A stretch of 64,000 nucleotides of DNA from Antedon mediterranea (GCF_964355755.1 NC_092673.1:34841648-34905647), one strand, 5' to 3'. Positions 12,272-25,399 are shown, counted from the first letter of the stretch. Numbers and translations are program-made. Notes: generated from the sequence alone by a model not told the origin.

Positions 12272-12843
12272 AACAAAGCCAACAGCCATTAAGTCGCGTG
12301 CTACAATGCATAGTGATACCGGACCGACAGACAGACCGACAGACAGACCGACATAGTGAACTACACTGACCGAAATTACTGAACATGTTTAAAAATGTTG
12401 AAATGTTTAAAAACATTTATATTTTTTTAATTTACACGTGCGTAGCCTGTCACTTTTGACGTGCTCGTATAACGTAATTTCGAGTTGAAAAGTAAGTCAA
12501 GAAAACAGAAATCGGGCAAAAAGAGTGCGCAATAACATTTAACGCGCAGTGCGCACGCAAAAATATGCGCACTCATGGCAATTTTGTAAACGCTTAAAAT
12601 TGTCTGAAACGTACTCTTATTTCATCGAAAATAAATTTTGAAAATTTTAAGCGCGCGTACGCATGCGTTACATGCGCTACGCACGTAATTGTATTGCCAT
12701 ATGATGATTTATGCCCTGAAATTTATGAGTACCAAATTTTATTTAATTGTGATTCAAGGTTGTGAAGATATGATTACAAACGTGATTTCGTTAAATCGTG
12801 CGTAGACCGCGTAATTTTTTGTGAACTATAGAGTCGCTTCCAC
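12272..12843 (+). mobile_element. Helentron/DINE-1-like non-autonomous element, internally deleted copy
   Basis: AACAAAG...AGTCGCGTG start, GACA/GACC microsatellite; deleted relative to 21508-22285. Confidence 0.6.
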
Positions 12844-13230
12844 TTTAAATAGCTACTTATTGCATTGATTGTCTCATCAATCGAATGTGGATTTACAAAA
12901 ATGTCCCAATTTGTACAGGGAAAATTTTCATTTAAAAATTTTGTTTAGCAATATTGCTAATCAAACTGATTTTTAAGTCGAGAAACATAGTTTTGTATTG
13001 TATTTTTTGCTACACAATTTTCAAAATGTGTAGCAATAAGGTTGTTTTGTATAGCTTTTTGCTACGCTACACTGGCGAAAATGTTCCCTGTTTGTAGACT
13101 CAATACAGCACTTAAGTTTATCAACCGACTCGTATTATGAATTTTAATTTCATCGGGAGAACATTATATCATTTGATGCCACCAATAACACATGAGAAAA
13201 GAATATTACTCACATTTGAATGATGTACTG

Positions 13231-13314
13231 TACTATATTGCGTGTACTATATTGCGTGTACTATATTGCGTGTACTATATTGCATGTACTATATTGCGTG
13301 TACTATATTGCATC
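13231..13314 (+). repeat. 14-bp minisatellite TACTATATTGCRTG x6
   Basis: Six units here, seven in the duplicate at 22492-22589. Confidence 0.9.
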
Positions 13315-13336
13315 ATGGAGGTATAAAATAGACCTC

Positions 13337-13745
13337 CACAAGCCCGTATGCAGCATTTATAATGGGGGGTGCGAGCAACAATGGCTGGGGGCCAGGGGGC
13401 CGCCAAGGGCCCTCGGTCAGGGGCCGAAGGCCATGGCAAAATTTGCGTTATTTGACGTTCTAAAGACTGATGTAAGACTCTCTGTTGTGGCTTGGGCTAG
13501 TTGAACGATGGACACCAGAACTTAACGCTTTCATGATGAGGCCAACTCAGGGGTGGCGCCAGGATCTTCCCGACGCGGGGGCTACATTCCCCGACGAGGG
13601 GGCTATGCGAGCGAAGCGAGCATCACTAGGCTGAGGGCCAGGGGCCGCCAAGGGCCCCGGTGGGGGTCCAGGGGGCGAAGCCCCCGGAAGCAACGCGTTC
13701 TAGCGTCATTTGAGGTCTTTTTAATCAGATTTAGGGTAGCCATTT
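13337..13745. mobile_element. GC-rich non-autonomous DNA-transposon remnants (composite)
   Basis: GGGGCC...GGGGGTCCAGGGGGCGAAGCCCCCGG and GCGAGCGAAGCGAGC motifs; CAGGGG-type end near 13548; variant at 22613-23390. Confidence 0.45.
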
Positions 13746-13958
13746 TTTCCATTTTTTATAATGCATAAATAAAAAACGATGCGCGATGACTGTTTCAATC
13801 CATATTTTTCAATTTAAAAAATAAAAGTTCAAAGAAATTATATTATACTTCAAAACATGAAAAAAAATAAAGAAGAAACAGATTGAATTGGAGAATCATT
13901 AAGAGTAAGGGTGATAGAGTTAGATTTAAGTTTTTGAGAAGAGCCAATGAGCATAGAT

Positions 13959-14318
13959 TTAGTTTTTGAGATAGTTGGATTTAATGTAATGCCACATGTC
14001 GTCCTGAATAAGATTACCATTGAAAATAGCTGGTAATAGCTTAGGAAAAATTGCTCGTTCGATGATTTTTACCTGGATGGTAGAATCAACATTACCTGGC
14101 ATAATTTCATTAACCCTAATAAAGAATGGTATTTTATCACCCAATCGTGTGCAAGTTTTTGGCAAAATGTTGTTTTGCCAGAACCTGTAATTCCTTCTAT
14201 TAAAACCTTCCTTGTTTCTCTTAAGCTTTCCAAAATGCTATTTGGCTTTACAGATTTTCAATTTTGCTTCTGCGTCAATTCAATTTCGATGTACTTATCT
14301 GTAAGGGTAGGGCAGTTA
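13959..14318 (-). pseudogene. NACHT NTPase fragment, copy 1 (extra ~25-bp frameshifting deletion)
   Basis: Homologous to 23587-23961; Walker A GITGSGKTT followed by a deletion near 14141. Confidence 0.8.
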
Positions 14319-16014
14319 TACCATGGAGAAAGAAACACTAAAGAAACTTACATTCTATAATACTCTTACTGTATTGTATGTACATAATGAATCTGTAGTA
14401 TAGTTGGTACATTATTACGTATTATATTTTGTAATCGCAGACATATTGAATACGTTTATGATTGTATGTCTAGAATAATAATAATAAGACAGATACCGAT
14501 TTTAATTAATTATACTAATCATTGTATATAACGATGAACGAATAAATGACTTAACTTAATACTTCATCTCAGTTGTTTGTAATGATTACAACTTGTATAC
14601 TTTGAAATTAAGAGTCATTGAGGATGATTTACCAAACGTGTTTTCAGCACAATATAGGCCTTGATTAAAGATTGTCCCCCTGAAAAAATAATTTTTCTAC
14701 ATAATAGTAATTCACTCTGGATCAAACATTTAGATCGAATATATATATATATATATACCTAAAAAAAGACTAATTTAAATCAAACAATGCCATGTACAAA
14801 TTGAAGTTAGTGTTTATCGACCAACCGACCGACTGACAGAAATAGTGAGCTGTATAGTTGCGTTTGCACGCGACTAAAAATGATTAAATTTAATCGTTTA
14901 TTTTGTCTTCATGAAGTGAAAACATTGACTTTTTTTCCTACGGAAGTGATTGAACTACAAAATGGCCTATTTCATGGCGTTTTTCTGGCTTGTGGTGGAC
15001 AATACACCTTGAAGTGTTAACTACTACTAGTACTTTTCAGTGTACATATATCATATTATTATCAGTTAATATAGTGTTTCATTTTATGTTACACAGTTTC
15101 TTGCATTCACCTATCAGAGTTGACTATAGGCTTGGCAATCACACACTTTGAGTGCAACACATTGCAAACAGATTTTTCTTTTTTAAATGGTCACATATGA
15201 CGAAGAGATCAAAATTTGAGCATCACACTTCTGCCACTCATCCCAATGATATGCAAATTAGCTTAAATATGCAAATTACAGTGAAATTACAGAATTAAAA
15301 TATCTCAAAAACTCCTAGACAGAGAGATTTTTTCACCAATTTATTCAGAATGTATATATTTATATTTCCTCTAATAAAGCATTTTACGAAAACATTACCG
15401 GAACTACAACATTTGACCATCGACCCAATTTTTCACTGTTTGCATACATAATGTTTTGCCCTCAAATGACCAGTATAGGTTACTAATAGCCAGCATAGGA
15501 CTACTTTGTAATTCCCCAAAACACACATTTGTCACACCTCTCTCTCCCTATCTCTCTCTATGCCCGGAACTCACTTTACAAATACCTCGTCTATTTAAAC
15601 CAACCCACCCACTAGTGAAAAATGTGCAAATAAGTCCATAAAAGACTATAGACGTCACAACATATTTTTATGCTTAGAAAAAATACGAAACACATTTAAC
15701 TTGGTACCATTCACTTTATTCATTCGTTGTGCACAACTTCCTAATCTTGTAATTATGTCCTCGTGTTATTGAAGAAAGTGTAAACTAAAAAAACTTAGGC
15801 CAAAATAACAAACTTAACATTAACTTTCTTCCTTCAAAAGTTCATATATTAAAGTTAAAAGTATATAGTAGTTTGACAGTGCATCATTTTTGTACATTTT
15901 TAGAGATGTCATTATAGTAAAAAATTATAATTCATTGCGGTATGTAATAATCTGTCTGCACCAAAGTGGTTACTGCATAGTAAATACACAGAGGAATTTT
16001 TCTACAACTTTTAG

Positions 16015-16100
16015 TCAGTTGTGTATGGCTCGGTGGTCTGTGCTCGTGTCTATGGCATTCAAGGTACCGAGATCGAGTCTCACCTTGGGAAACGAAATAT
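16015..16100 (+). mobile_element. Degenerate tRNA-derived SINE head
   Basis: A-box-like TGGCTCGGTGG and B-box-like GATCGAGTC at tRNA-like spacing; no intact cloverleaf. Confidence 0.35.
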
Positions 16101-16672
16101 GATTTTTTTTTTATTATCCGTATTGTTTGTTCAAATTGATTTCTTAGTGTATATATTATACACATGATTTATAATGAAATCTAGATAAAAAGTAACTTAT
16201 GTCTTTATTATTATGTAACAACAAATGTGGTTTATGACATTATACGCAGAGGGATCTTTGATCGGATTGTGATACCGGCTATTGTATTCGCGTTAGCAAG
16301 GTCCTATCATTATAAATAATTAAAGAATCTGAGAAAATCAATCAATCAAAATATCTTTTAAAAATCAATTATCTTTATTTAAATCAATGCATATAACCTA
16401 TAATTCGTCATAGTGACGAATTAAATATAGTTAAATTTTATCTTCATAATACATTTGGAAAAATATGGACTATAATTGCAGTAAATTGACTGTGATACTG
16501 ACGGCAGGGATGGTTATATTTATTTTAAGACCATCCTACTGGTTTCATCTCACATACTTTACAAAATCTGTAAGAGATTTTTACAAGAAATGTTATCAGC
16601 GAAAATCAAAATTGAGGTTTTGTAAATTGAATACTGTAAATTTGTTTTGCTTTGTAGTTTCATTGTTGCTTT

Positions 16673-17953
16673 TGTAATAAATTACCATTCCCTAACATAA
16701 TATAGAGTAACATAGTATTTACATGAACATTCTAGAAAAAGATGTTTTGATTTAATAAACCATGTATAATTAATAAGAACAATCAAGAACATTCCAGAAG
16801 TGCTATTAATAGAAACTGTAATCATGTAATAATGAGAAGTATAAAGAATGATCTAGAAGGATAGGAGCATCTTGTATATAAAGGGTTGTAAACTATTGTA
16901 AGGTTGTTGGATTAGAGGTTGGATTAGAGGTTGGATGTTATATTGTAAAGTCATTGTGAAGCTGTTGTTTAAAGTGCTTACTGGATTGTTGAAAGTTGAA
17001 GTTGATTGAAATTAAAGCTTTGTTTTTTAGTTATTTTACAACTTTGTGGATTTTATGTCACTGTGTATACTTTTATGTCACAAGGGAGTTCCTAAAGTAT
17101 TTTCAACCGCTCGGAAACATACGTGAGAGGAGTTCGTGACATAATTTGGTGGCAGCGGTTATTTCGATCTACTGTTCGGCTTAACTGTGTATTTATCTAC
17201 AGTTTACTGTTGTGATATTTTGTGGTAGCAGTTTGATCTACTGTATTTTGCCATAGATTGGTGGCTGTTTAGGATCAACTGTACTTTATTGATATTTTGT
17301 GAAAGCGGTACTTACGATGCTGAGATATTTTACGGAAGCCGTGGTGCTACGTTTTGTTTAATCGTAAGTACACAAACATTGTTTTAAGAACAGTACATTA
17401 TTTATTTGGAACAGTAGACTTGTGAACGTCTCGGTAACTACGATTAACTAGTAACAAGACCCTCATCCAGATTTAAAATATGGCTGATAAACAATCAACA
17501 ACAAGATCCGGTAGAGAATACAGCGGTGGCGATGAAACTGATTCGGATGTAGAATCAGTTCAATCAGTACAACCTGAACAACAGGCAGAAGAGTCTGGAC
17601 CAACCAGTGGACATAACCCTACAGGGGCTGACTCATCTTCAAAAGATGTTTTGTTGTTGATGCAGCAGCAAATGCAGCAGCAAATGCAACAACAGAATCT
17701 TATGATGCAGCAGATGATGGAACAACAAGAACGTTTACGCAAAGAAGATATGGAAAAACAAGAACGTTTACGCAAAGAAGATATGGAAAGACAAGAACGT
17801 TTACGTAGGGAAGATATGGAGAAACAGCAAGCGTTAGTAATGGCGTTAATGGATAAGCAAAAGGACAGTGAGGAGAAACGATTAAAAGACATGATGAGAT
17901 TGAAGGAAGTTCAGATTGCAAAACTTTCTGATAGTGATGATATTGAAAATTAT
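16673..17953 (+). mobile_element. Second Gypsy (Gmr1-like) 5' fragment: LTR, PBS, gag N-terminus
   Basis: Putative LTR TGTAATA...GTGACA (~16673-17141; 5' end uncertain), PBS TGGTGGCAGCGG at 17147, ORF from 17480 with TRSG motif, Q-rich coiled coil and KLSDSDDIENY, then truncated. Confidence 0.8.
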
Positions 17954-18159
17954 GGAAACATACTCCCATAATGCAGCCGGTAACCAGTGCAAAGTTGTGT
18001 GTAGATCTAACTGGGTACCCATTTATACACCTGGGTGGAGAGAGGTAACGTAAGTAAAGTATCTTGCCTACGGATACAAGCAATGCGGCGAGAGTTGGAT
18101 TCGAACCTAGGTCTGACGATCGGTAGTCCAACGTCCAACACACTGCACCACACGTGCAC
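17954..18159 (-). mobile_element. tRNA-derived SINE
   Basis: Minus strand: A box TGGTGCAGTGTG, B box GGTTCGAATCC, then GGCAAGATACTTTAC...CTCTCCACCCAGGTGTATAAATGGGTACC resembling conserved central SINE domains. Confidence 0.75.
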
Positions 18160-18249
18160 AGTTCACAATTATACAAAAAGATGCTTTAATTGTGATGTAT
18201 ACTCTACGTTGAAAACTCTCAATTTCAGGTTTATTGTTATTTTTCTATT

Positions 18250-18630
18250 TTAGAGTACAGTATGTGATTTATCTTGCTGAATGCTGCTAGAGACATTTTC
18301 TGTTATTTACATCCTCTCTGGTTCACAACTTGCTTCCAAGGAATTTGCAGTCTCGCCAGTTTTCATTTCCCTTCCTTTTTATTTTGAAATCTTCTGTTTT
18401 GACAACTTTTAGATTATTGCCATGAAGATATCGTGCAATGCATTTATTTCATTTATGTATTCTTGTGAGGTAAATAAAAAAGATATGTCGTCTGCATATT
18501 GAATGTTTAATGTGATCCGGTGTATATTGTTCTTGTCATTGCTCTTGTTCATATTTGTGTAGGATATGTTCTAGATGTAGTAAAGATAATGGGAATAATA
18601 ATAATCTGTGGTACTCCTATGCTTGATTTG
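18250..18630 (-). mobile_element. LINE reverse-transcriptase fragment (RTE-like), degenerate
   Basis: LNIQYADDISF around 18480-18510; downstream MSLAAFSKINHILY. Confidence 0.6.
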
Positions 18631-18917
18631 ATAGGGTTCTGAGATCTACTTGTTCTATTAAGATTTTTATGATTCTTCTGGTTCAAGGAAGTGATATATT
18701 ATATCAATTAATTTGTCCTGTCTACAGTATCAAAAGCACTGGTCATGTCTAACATGAGTACATTTATTCCGTAGTCTGATGATTTTATTGCTTTTTCTGA
18801 TGTAATTGCTTTTTTTCGTACTAATAATTATAGTAATCTCTTCTTGTTCCATAGTGTTACCATGGTAATTCTAATGAGAATGTTTATCTATATACTGTAC
18901 TATGTTTTTTTCTTAGA

Positions 18918-20648
18918 ATGAGTGACACTCAAGTAGAATGCCCTTCTTCAAGTTCTGATGATGTAATAGAAAGTAAGTTATTCTACTATCTGTAATATAC
19001 TTAGTACTTATTAATAACCGGAAATTACCATAATGAGCTTTATTTAGTGATAACCGTCTTGATCTTCATCTTCAGTAATTTAACGTGACTTCCAGATTCA
19101 TAAAAAACAGCAAGAAAAAGAACCATAATAAGGCTTTAGGAACAAACCTATATCAGAACCGTGCATTCAAATGTTGTCAATGGTAGGCCTACAATGAATC
19201 TATTAATCTTTTCTACATGCATTGTAATACTTCTTCGTTATTTATAATAGGTAGGATACGTAAGGGAAAGAAGCGCCATGCAGTAGATGATTTTAATGGT
19301 AAATTTACAATGTTATTTTCTTTAGTTTTTATGGTTAATTCTGAAATAGGCGAGCACAATGGAAAAACTTCGGTACAAATCTCTGCCTTGAATACCTACC
19401 TGATCTATCTCAGATGTACCGAGAAGTGTAAATTTGATAACATTAGTTTTCACTATTACGATATTGTTCCATATTTCTATCTTAGGAAGATATTATAAAG
19501 AGTTTTTAAAGAAAATTTCTGATTTAATCGGTAGAAACAAGTTTTCGTTTTTAGACTATTTTATTACCAACAAAATAATAACGCCAACTGAGATAGTTGT
19601 TTGAATATAGTTATTGAGTCTTCTTTAGATTTTGAAAGTTTAAAAATAATATTTATTTTATTATTATAGGCTTGTATTGTTTACTTTGAATAAATACCAA
19701 TAATAATAATAAGTAAGTTTACTTTTAGTTCAGGAATACTAGACAAAAAAGGGCCAAAGGTAGAAATAAATATACTAAAGCTGAATTTTTCAGGATAGGT
19801 CCCTAATTTTGTATAGAACAACATACTATTAACTACAGTAAGTTAAGTCCCTTGACTTTTTGTGGTATTCTAATATTTTATCGTGTATATTTACAGTATA
19901 GAATTGTTATTTATTTAATCTATACAGTAGTACTGCACAATGAATTTGCTATATATTAACTAGCGAATATGATCCATTAAGAAAGGGCTGGCATTAAATA
20001 GCATTTTATCCACGATATTGTCCAATAAATTAAATTATAAAGATTAGCTAAATAAAATGAAATTGGAAAAATGTGATTTCAGTCATGTGTGATACTTATA
20101 ATCATCATTTTTATATCTCTAAAGAACATTCTACAAAACATTTCGATGATCTGATGGTTGATGTTAATTCATTCTGGAAAAAGTATGGAAATGTTAGTTT
20201 ACTAAAGTTGTTACTCTTGGAGTTTCAAGGACAAACATCAGTAATTGCAATAGAGAAGGGATCGAAGGCAGATGATCTGTTCAAACTACTAGTTGGTCCA
20301 GGAATTCTCAACGATTCCGATGTAACAGTTCTTATTGAGGCTGTCTATCTGAGTTGTTTAGTGGGTTTAGAATCAAAGATCAAGAATAGAGTACCGTCAT
20401 TTAAAGGATTCGAGAGTTTTGTTGTTTGTAAATTCTCCAAGCATCGACAAAATTTAGTTGAATTGGGATTCACAATAAGCTCTGCAAAAATGGAACGCAT
20501 CAACGAATTTTACGATGTTGAGCCAAAAGACCAATGGGATTTGATCTTCAAAATTGAAATATTAGGTAAATTGCCATCTTTAGTTGAAAAACTTAAACAA
20601 GAAAACATGATGGAGGAGTATGAAATCATAACATCATCGGATAACTAA
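18918..20648 (+). CDS. Spliced gene for a small tandem DED-like protein, copy 2
   Basis: Predicted exons 18918-18972 (MSDTQVECPSSSSDDVIE), 19251-19298 (RIRKGKKRHAVDDFN, phase 1-1) and 20083 or 20125 to 20648; the last exon differs from copy 1 by 4 aa. Confidence 0.65.
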
Positions 20649-21507
20649 ATTGTGTTTAGTGCCAGTCTAACAACTTTGGTTATATGCCTATACATTAATG
20701 TCATTAATATGTTTTAGTATAGAAAGCTTGGGGTTCAGTAGGCCCTATTATTACTGTATAACTTTTTTTTTTTTTTATTGTATTACATATCTTGTATATT
20801 GCTCGTTTGTAACTGTCATAAATGTCCTCATTTTATAAAACATTATGCAGAGACAAGAGTTTACAATTTTTTTAAACAAAAATTTGAAAATGTAAAAAAA
20901 AAATGTACTAAAGCGCTGCAAGTTTAAAATACAAAATAAACTGAATCTAATCGTGATAAATGAATTCATACAGCAGGTAAACAATTCAAAACAATTCAAC
21001 TAATTGTAACAAGAACAAATCTATTCAATGTGTATATTTAAATTTAATGGCTCTATTACAATTTTTAGTTAGGTAATTTATTTTTACTACAAATACTTTT
21101 ACAATAAAGGTATTCGTTTTCCATGATGTGTATGAAAGTTTCTTAACTATTAAATTAAATGGCAAATAGTATTATATTTTACAATTTGCAATGTAATTTA
21201 ATATTCAAGACACTTTCTAACAACTTTTGCTTGACTTAATATTCTTCGTCATTCCACGGGATAAGGAAATTTTTCTAGCTTAATTATTTAGTAAGTATAC
21301 ATTTTTAAAATAAATTTAACTCTATTTTTGTAAATATAAATATTTTTGTAATTTTCTGTGTTACTACAGTAACCAGCAATTCTATATCAACATGAATTTA
21401 TTTGGGACAGACAAAATAAAGTATAAATAATTTTAAATTTGTTAAGTTAATAATAGATTCATTTTATTGTTTTTAACATATTTACAGTATTTCAATTATG
21501 TCATAAT

Positions 21508-22285
21508 AACAAAGCCAACAGCCATTAAGTCGCGTGCTACAATGCATAGTGATACCGGACCGACAGACAGACCGACAGACAGACCGACCGACAGACAGAC
21601 CGACAGACCGACCGACAGACAGACAGACCGACATAGTGAACTACACTGACCGAAATTACTGAACATGTTTAAAAATGTTGAAATGTTTAAAAACATTTAT
21701 ATTTTTTAAATTTACACGTGCGTAGCCTGTCACTTTTGACGTGCTCGTATAACGTAATTTCGAGTTGAAAAGTAAGTCAAGAAAACAGAAATCGGGCAAA
21801 AAGAGTGCGCAATAACATTTAACGCGCAGTGCGCACGCAAAAATATGCGCACTCATGGCAATTTTGTAAACGCTTAAAATTGCCTGAAACGTACTCTTAT
21901 TTCATCGAAAATAAATTTTGAAAATGTTAAGCGCGCGTACGCATGCGTTACATGCGCTACGCACGTAATTGTATTGCCATATGATGATTTATGCCCTGAA
22001 ATTTATGAGTACCAAATTTTATTTAATTGTGATTCAAGGTTGTGAAGATATGATTACAAACGTGATTTCGTTAAATCGTGCGTAGACCGCGTAATTTTTT
22101 ATTGCGCACCGTGAAAACATAACCACATCGATTCCTGGCCATAAGGAATATACTGTGAAAAATTGACCTAGCTAGATTAAACTGATATCAAGATAAGGTC
22201 AGAAAGCGATAAAACGCATAATTATACCGGACCGACCGACCGACCGACATAGTGAACTATAGAGTCGCTTCCACGCGACTAAAAA
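21508..22285 (+). mobile_element. Helentron/DINE-1-like non-autonomous element (HINE), apparently complete
   Basis: Subterminal IR AGTCGCGTG (~21528) / CACGCGACT (~22272), terminal palindrome AGTCGCTTCCACGCGACT followed by AAAAA, GACA/GACC microsatellites near both ends. Confidence 0.65.
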
Positions 22286-23444
22286 TTTAAATAGCTACTT
22301 ATTGCATTGATTGTCTCATCAATCGAATGTGGATTTACAAAAATGTCCCAATTTGTAGACTCAATACAGCACTTAAGTTCATCAACCGACTCATCTTCTG
22401 AATTTTAATTTCATCGGGAGAACATTATATCATTTGATGCCACCAATAACACATGAGAAAAGAATATTACTCACATTTGAATGATGTACTCTACTATATT
22501 GCGTGTACTATATTGCATGTACTATATTGCGTGTACTATATTGCATGTACTATATTGCATGTACTATATTGCGTGTACTATATTGCATCATGGAGGTATA
22601 AAATAGACCTCCACAGGCCCGTATGCAGCATTTATAATGGGGGGGGGGGTGCGAGCAACAATGGCTGGGGGCCAGGGGTCCGCCAAGGGCCCCCGGTCAG
22701 GGTCCAGGGGCCGAAGGCCCTGGCAAAATTTGCGTTATTTGACGTTCTAAAGACTGATGTAAGACTCTCTGTTGTGGCTTGGGCTAGTTGAACGATGGAC
22801 ACCAGAACTTAACGCTACATTCCCTGACGAGGGGGCTATGCGAGCGAAGCGAGCATCACTAGGCTGAGGGCCAGGGGCCGCCAAGGGACCCCGGTGGGGG
22901 TCCAGGGAGCGAAGCCCCCGGAAGCAACGGGTTCTAGCGTCATTTGAGGTCTTTTTAATCAGATTTAGGGTAGCCATTTTTTCCATTTTTTATAATGCAT
23001 AAATAAAATACTGCGTGCAAAAAAACGATGCGCGATGACTGTTTCAATCCATATTTTTCAATTTAAAAAATAAAAGTTCAAAGAAATTATATTATACTTC
23101 AAAACATGAAAAAAAATATATAAGTCCCTATCATGGGTTGTGACTGAGCTAAGAAATGTTTGAAAAATAGAGACGTTAGGTCCCGGAAAATGTACTTCTT
23201 GTTCTTCGAAATATGACCAGCTTTATTGTTGGGGCTGAGCTAAGAAAATGTTTAAAACTAGAGCTGCAGGTCTTCAAAAAATTGCATTTTATACTTTGGA
23301 AACATCAGGCCTAGAGGCTTAAAAAACGCAAGCGTAGACCTTTTTCAGTCGGGGAAAAAAGTTTATTCCTCCCAGGTGTATGCATGCGTACCATAATAAA
23401 TATTGTAGTTGTTACAACATTGTATTAGTTACAAGGATTATAAT

Positions 23445-23586
23445 ACCATGTTAGAGTATTGTCAATTATGATTCCAAGGTGTTAATGAGAAGTAACAGAT
23501 TGAATTGGAGAATCATTAAGAGTAAGGGTGATAGAGTTAGATTTAAGTTTTTGAGAAGAGCCAATGAGCATAGATTTAGTTTTTGA
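23445..23586 (-). mobile_element. L2/CR1-group RT C-terminal fragment
   Basis: KTKSMLIGSSQKL...IQSVTSH*HLGIIIDNTLTW. Confidence 0.65.
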
Positions 23587-23961
23587 GAGATAGTTGGATT
23601 TAATGTAATGCCACATGTCGTCCTGAATAAGATTACCATTGAAAATAGCTGGTAATAGCTTAGGAAAAATTGCTCGTTCGATGATTTTTACCTGGATGGT
23701 AGAATCAACATTACCTGGCATAATTTCATTAACCCTAATAAAGAATGGTATTTTATCACCAAAGACAACATCTTTCGATGTTGCCCAATCGTGTGCAAGT
23801 TTTTGGCAAAATGTTGTTTTGCCAGAACCTGTAATTCCTTCTATTAAAACCTTCCTTGTTTCTCTTAAGCTTTCCAAAATGCTATTTGGCTTTACAGATT
23901 TTCAATTTTGCTTCTGCGTCAATTCAATTTCGATGTACTTATCTGTAAGGGTAGGGCAGTT
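23587..23961 (-). pseudogene. NACHT (NLR-type) NTPase N-terminal fragment, copy 2
   Basis: DKYIEIELTQKQN*...RKVLIEGITGSGKTTFCQKLAHDWA...FFIRVNEI; in-frame TGA upstream; ends before Walker B. Confidence 0.85.
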
Positions 23962-23994
23962 AAGTTGGTGTGCTTGATGGATAAACATTCTTTA

Positions 23995-24156
23995 TTTATA
24001 TTTGGAGAAACAATAACGATTACAGCCACACCTGGAAAGAATGTATCACTTCCATGTAATGATAATAGAGAGACGGTTAGGTGGTACTTTCATAGCGGTT
24101 ATATCGCTACCAACACAAAAATTGATGATTTGCTTGGACAACAGAAACCGTATTAA
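23995..24156 (+). pseudogene. Immunoglobulin-like domain fragment
   Basis: TITATPGKNVSLPC...TVRWY matches Ig strands A'-B-C (Cys and Trp); absent from copy 1 of the duplication. Confidence 0.55.
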
Positions 24157-25399
24157 AGAAAGAAACACTAAAGAAACTTACATTCTATAATACTCTTACT
24201 GTATTGTGTGTACATAATGAATCTGTAGTATAGTTGGTACATTATTACGTATTATATTTTGTAATCGCACACATATTGAATACGTTTATGATTGTATGTC
24301 TAGAATAATAATAATAAGACAGATACCGATTTTAATTTATTTTACTAATCATTGTATATAACGATGAACGAATAAATGACAACTTAATACTTCATCTCAG
24401 TTGTTTGTAATGATTACAACTTGTATACTTTGAAATTAAGAGTCATTGAGGATGATTTACCGAACGTGTTTTCAGCACAATATAGGCCTTGATTAAAGAT
24501 TGTCCCCCTGAAAAAATAATTTTTCTACATAATAGTAATTCACTCTGGATCAAACATTTAGATCGAATATATATATATATATATACCTAAAAAAAGACTA
24601 ATTTAAATCAAACAATGCCATGTACAAATTGAAGTTAATGTTTATCGACGGACTGACCAACCGACCGACTGACAGAAATACATATATCATATTATTATCA
24701 GTTAATATAGTGTTTCATTTTATGTTACACAGTTTCTTGCATTCACCTATCAGAATTGACTATAGGCTAGGCAATCAAACATTTTGAGTGCAACACATTG
24801 CAAACAGATTTTTCTTTTTCAAATGGTCACATATGACACTTCTGTCACTCATCCCAATAATATGCAAATTAGCTTAAATATGCAAATTACAGTGAAATTA
24901 CAGAATTAAAATATCTCAAAAACTCCTAGACAGAGAGATTTTTTTCACCAATTTATTCAGAATGTATATATTTATATTTCCTCTAATAAAGCATTTTACG
25001 AAAACATTACCGGAACTACAACATTTGACCATCGACCCAATTTTTCAGTGTTTGCATACATAATGTTTTGCCCTCAAATGACCAGTATAGGTTACTAATA
25101 GCCAGCATAGGACTACTTTGTAATTCCCCAAAACACACATTTGTCACACACCTCTCTCTCCCTATCTCTCTCTTTGCCCGGAACTCGCTTTACAAATACC
25201 TCGTCTATTTAAACCAACCCACCCACTAGTGAAAAATGTGCAAATAAGTCCATAAAAGACTATAGACGTCACAACATATTTTTATGCTTAGAAAATAAAT
25301 ACGAAACACATTTAACTTGGTACCATTCACTTTATTCATTCGTTGTGCACAACTTCCTAATCTTGTAATTATGTCCTCGTGTTATTGAAGAAAGTGTAA

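Larger units (their letters stand above)
9481..15793 (+). repeat. Segmental duplication, copy 1
   Basis: From ATAGGGTTCTGAGATC to GAAAGTGTAAACTAAAAAAA, colinear and near-identical with 18631-25408 apart from several indels. Confidence 0.95.

Noticed and set aside
11412-14318. Single DED-NACHT (NLR) gene
   Set aside because: The NACHT fragment is on the opposite strand, contains a stop and is truncated; the DED-like exon has its own stop.
18085-18159. tRNA gene
   Set aside because: A and B boxes are present, but the sequence continues into a SINE body with no convincing acceptor stem or terminator.
21467-21696. ORFs with PTDR/SVGL repeats
   Set aside because: Translations of the GACA/GACC microsatellite inside the HINE-like element.
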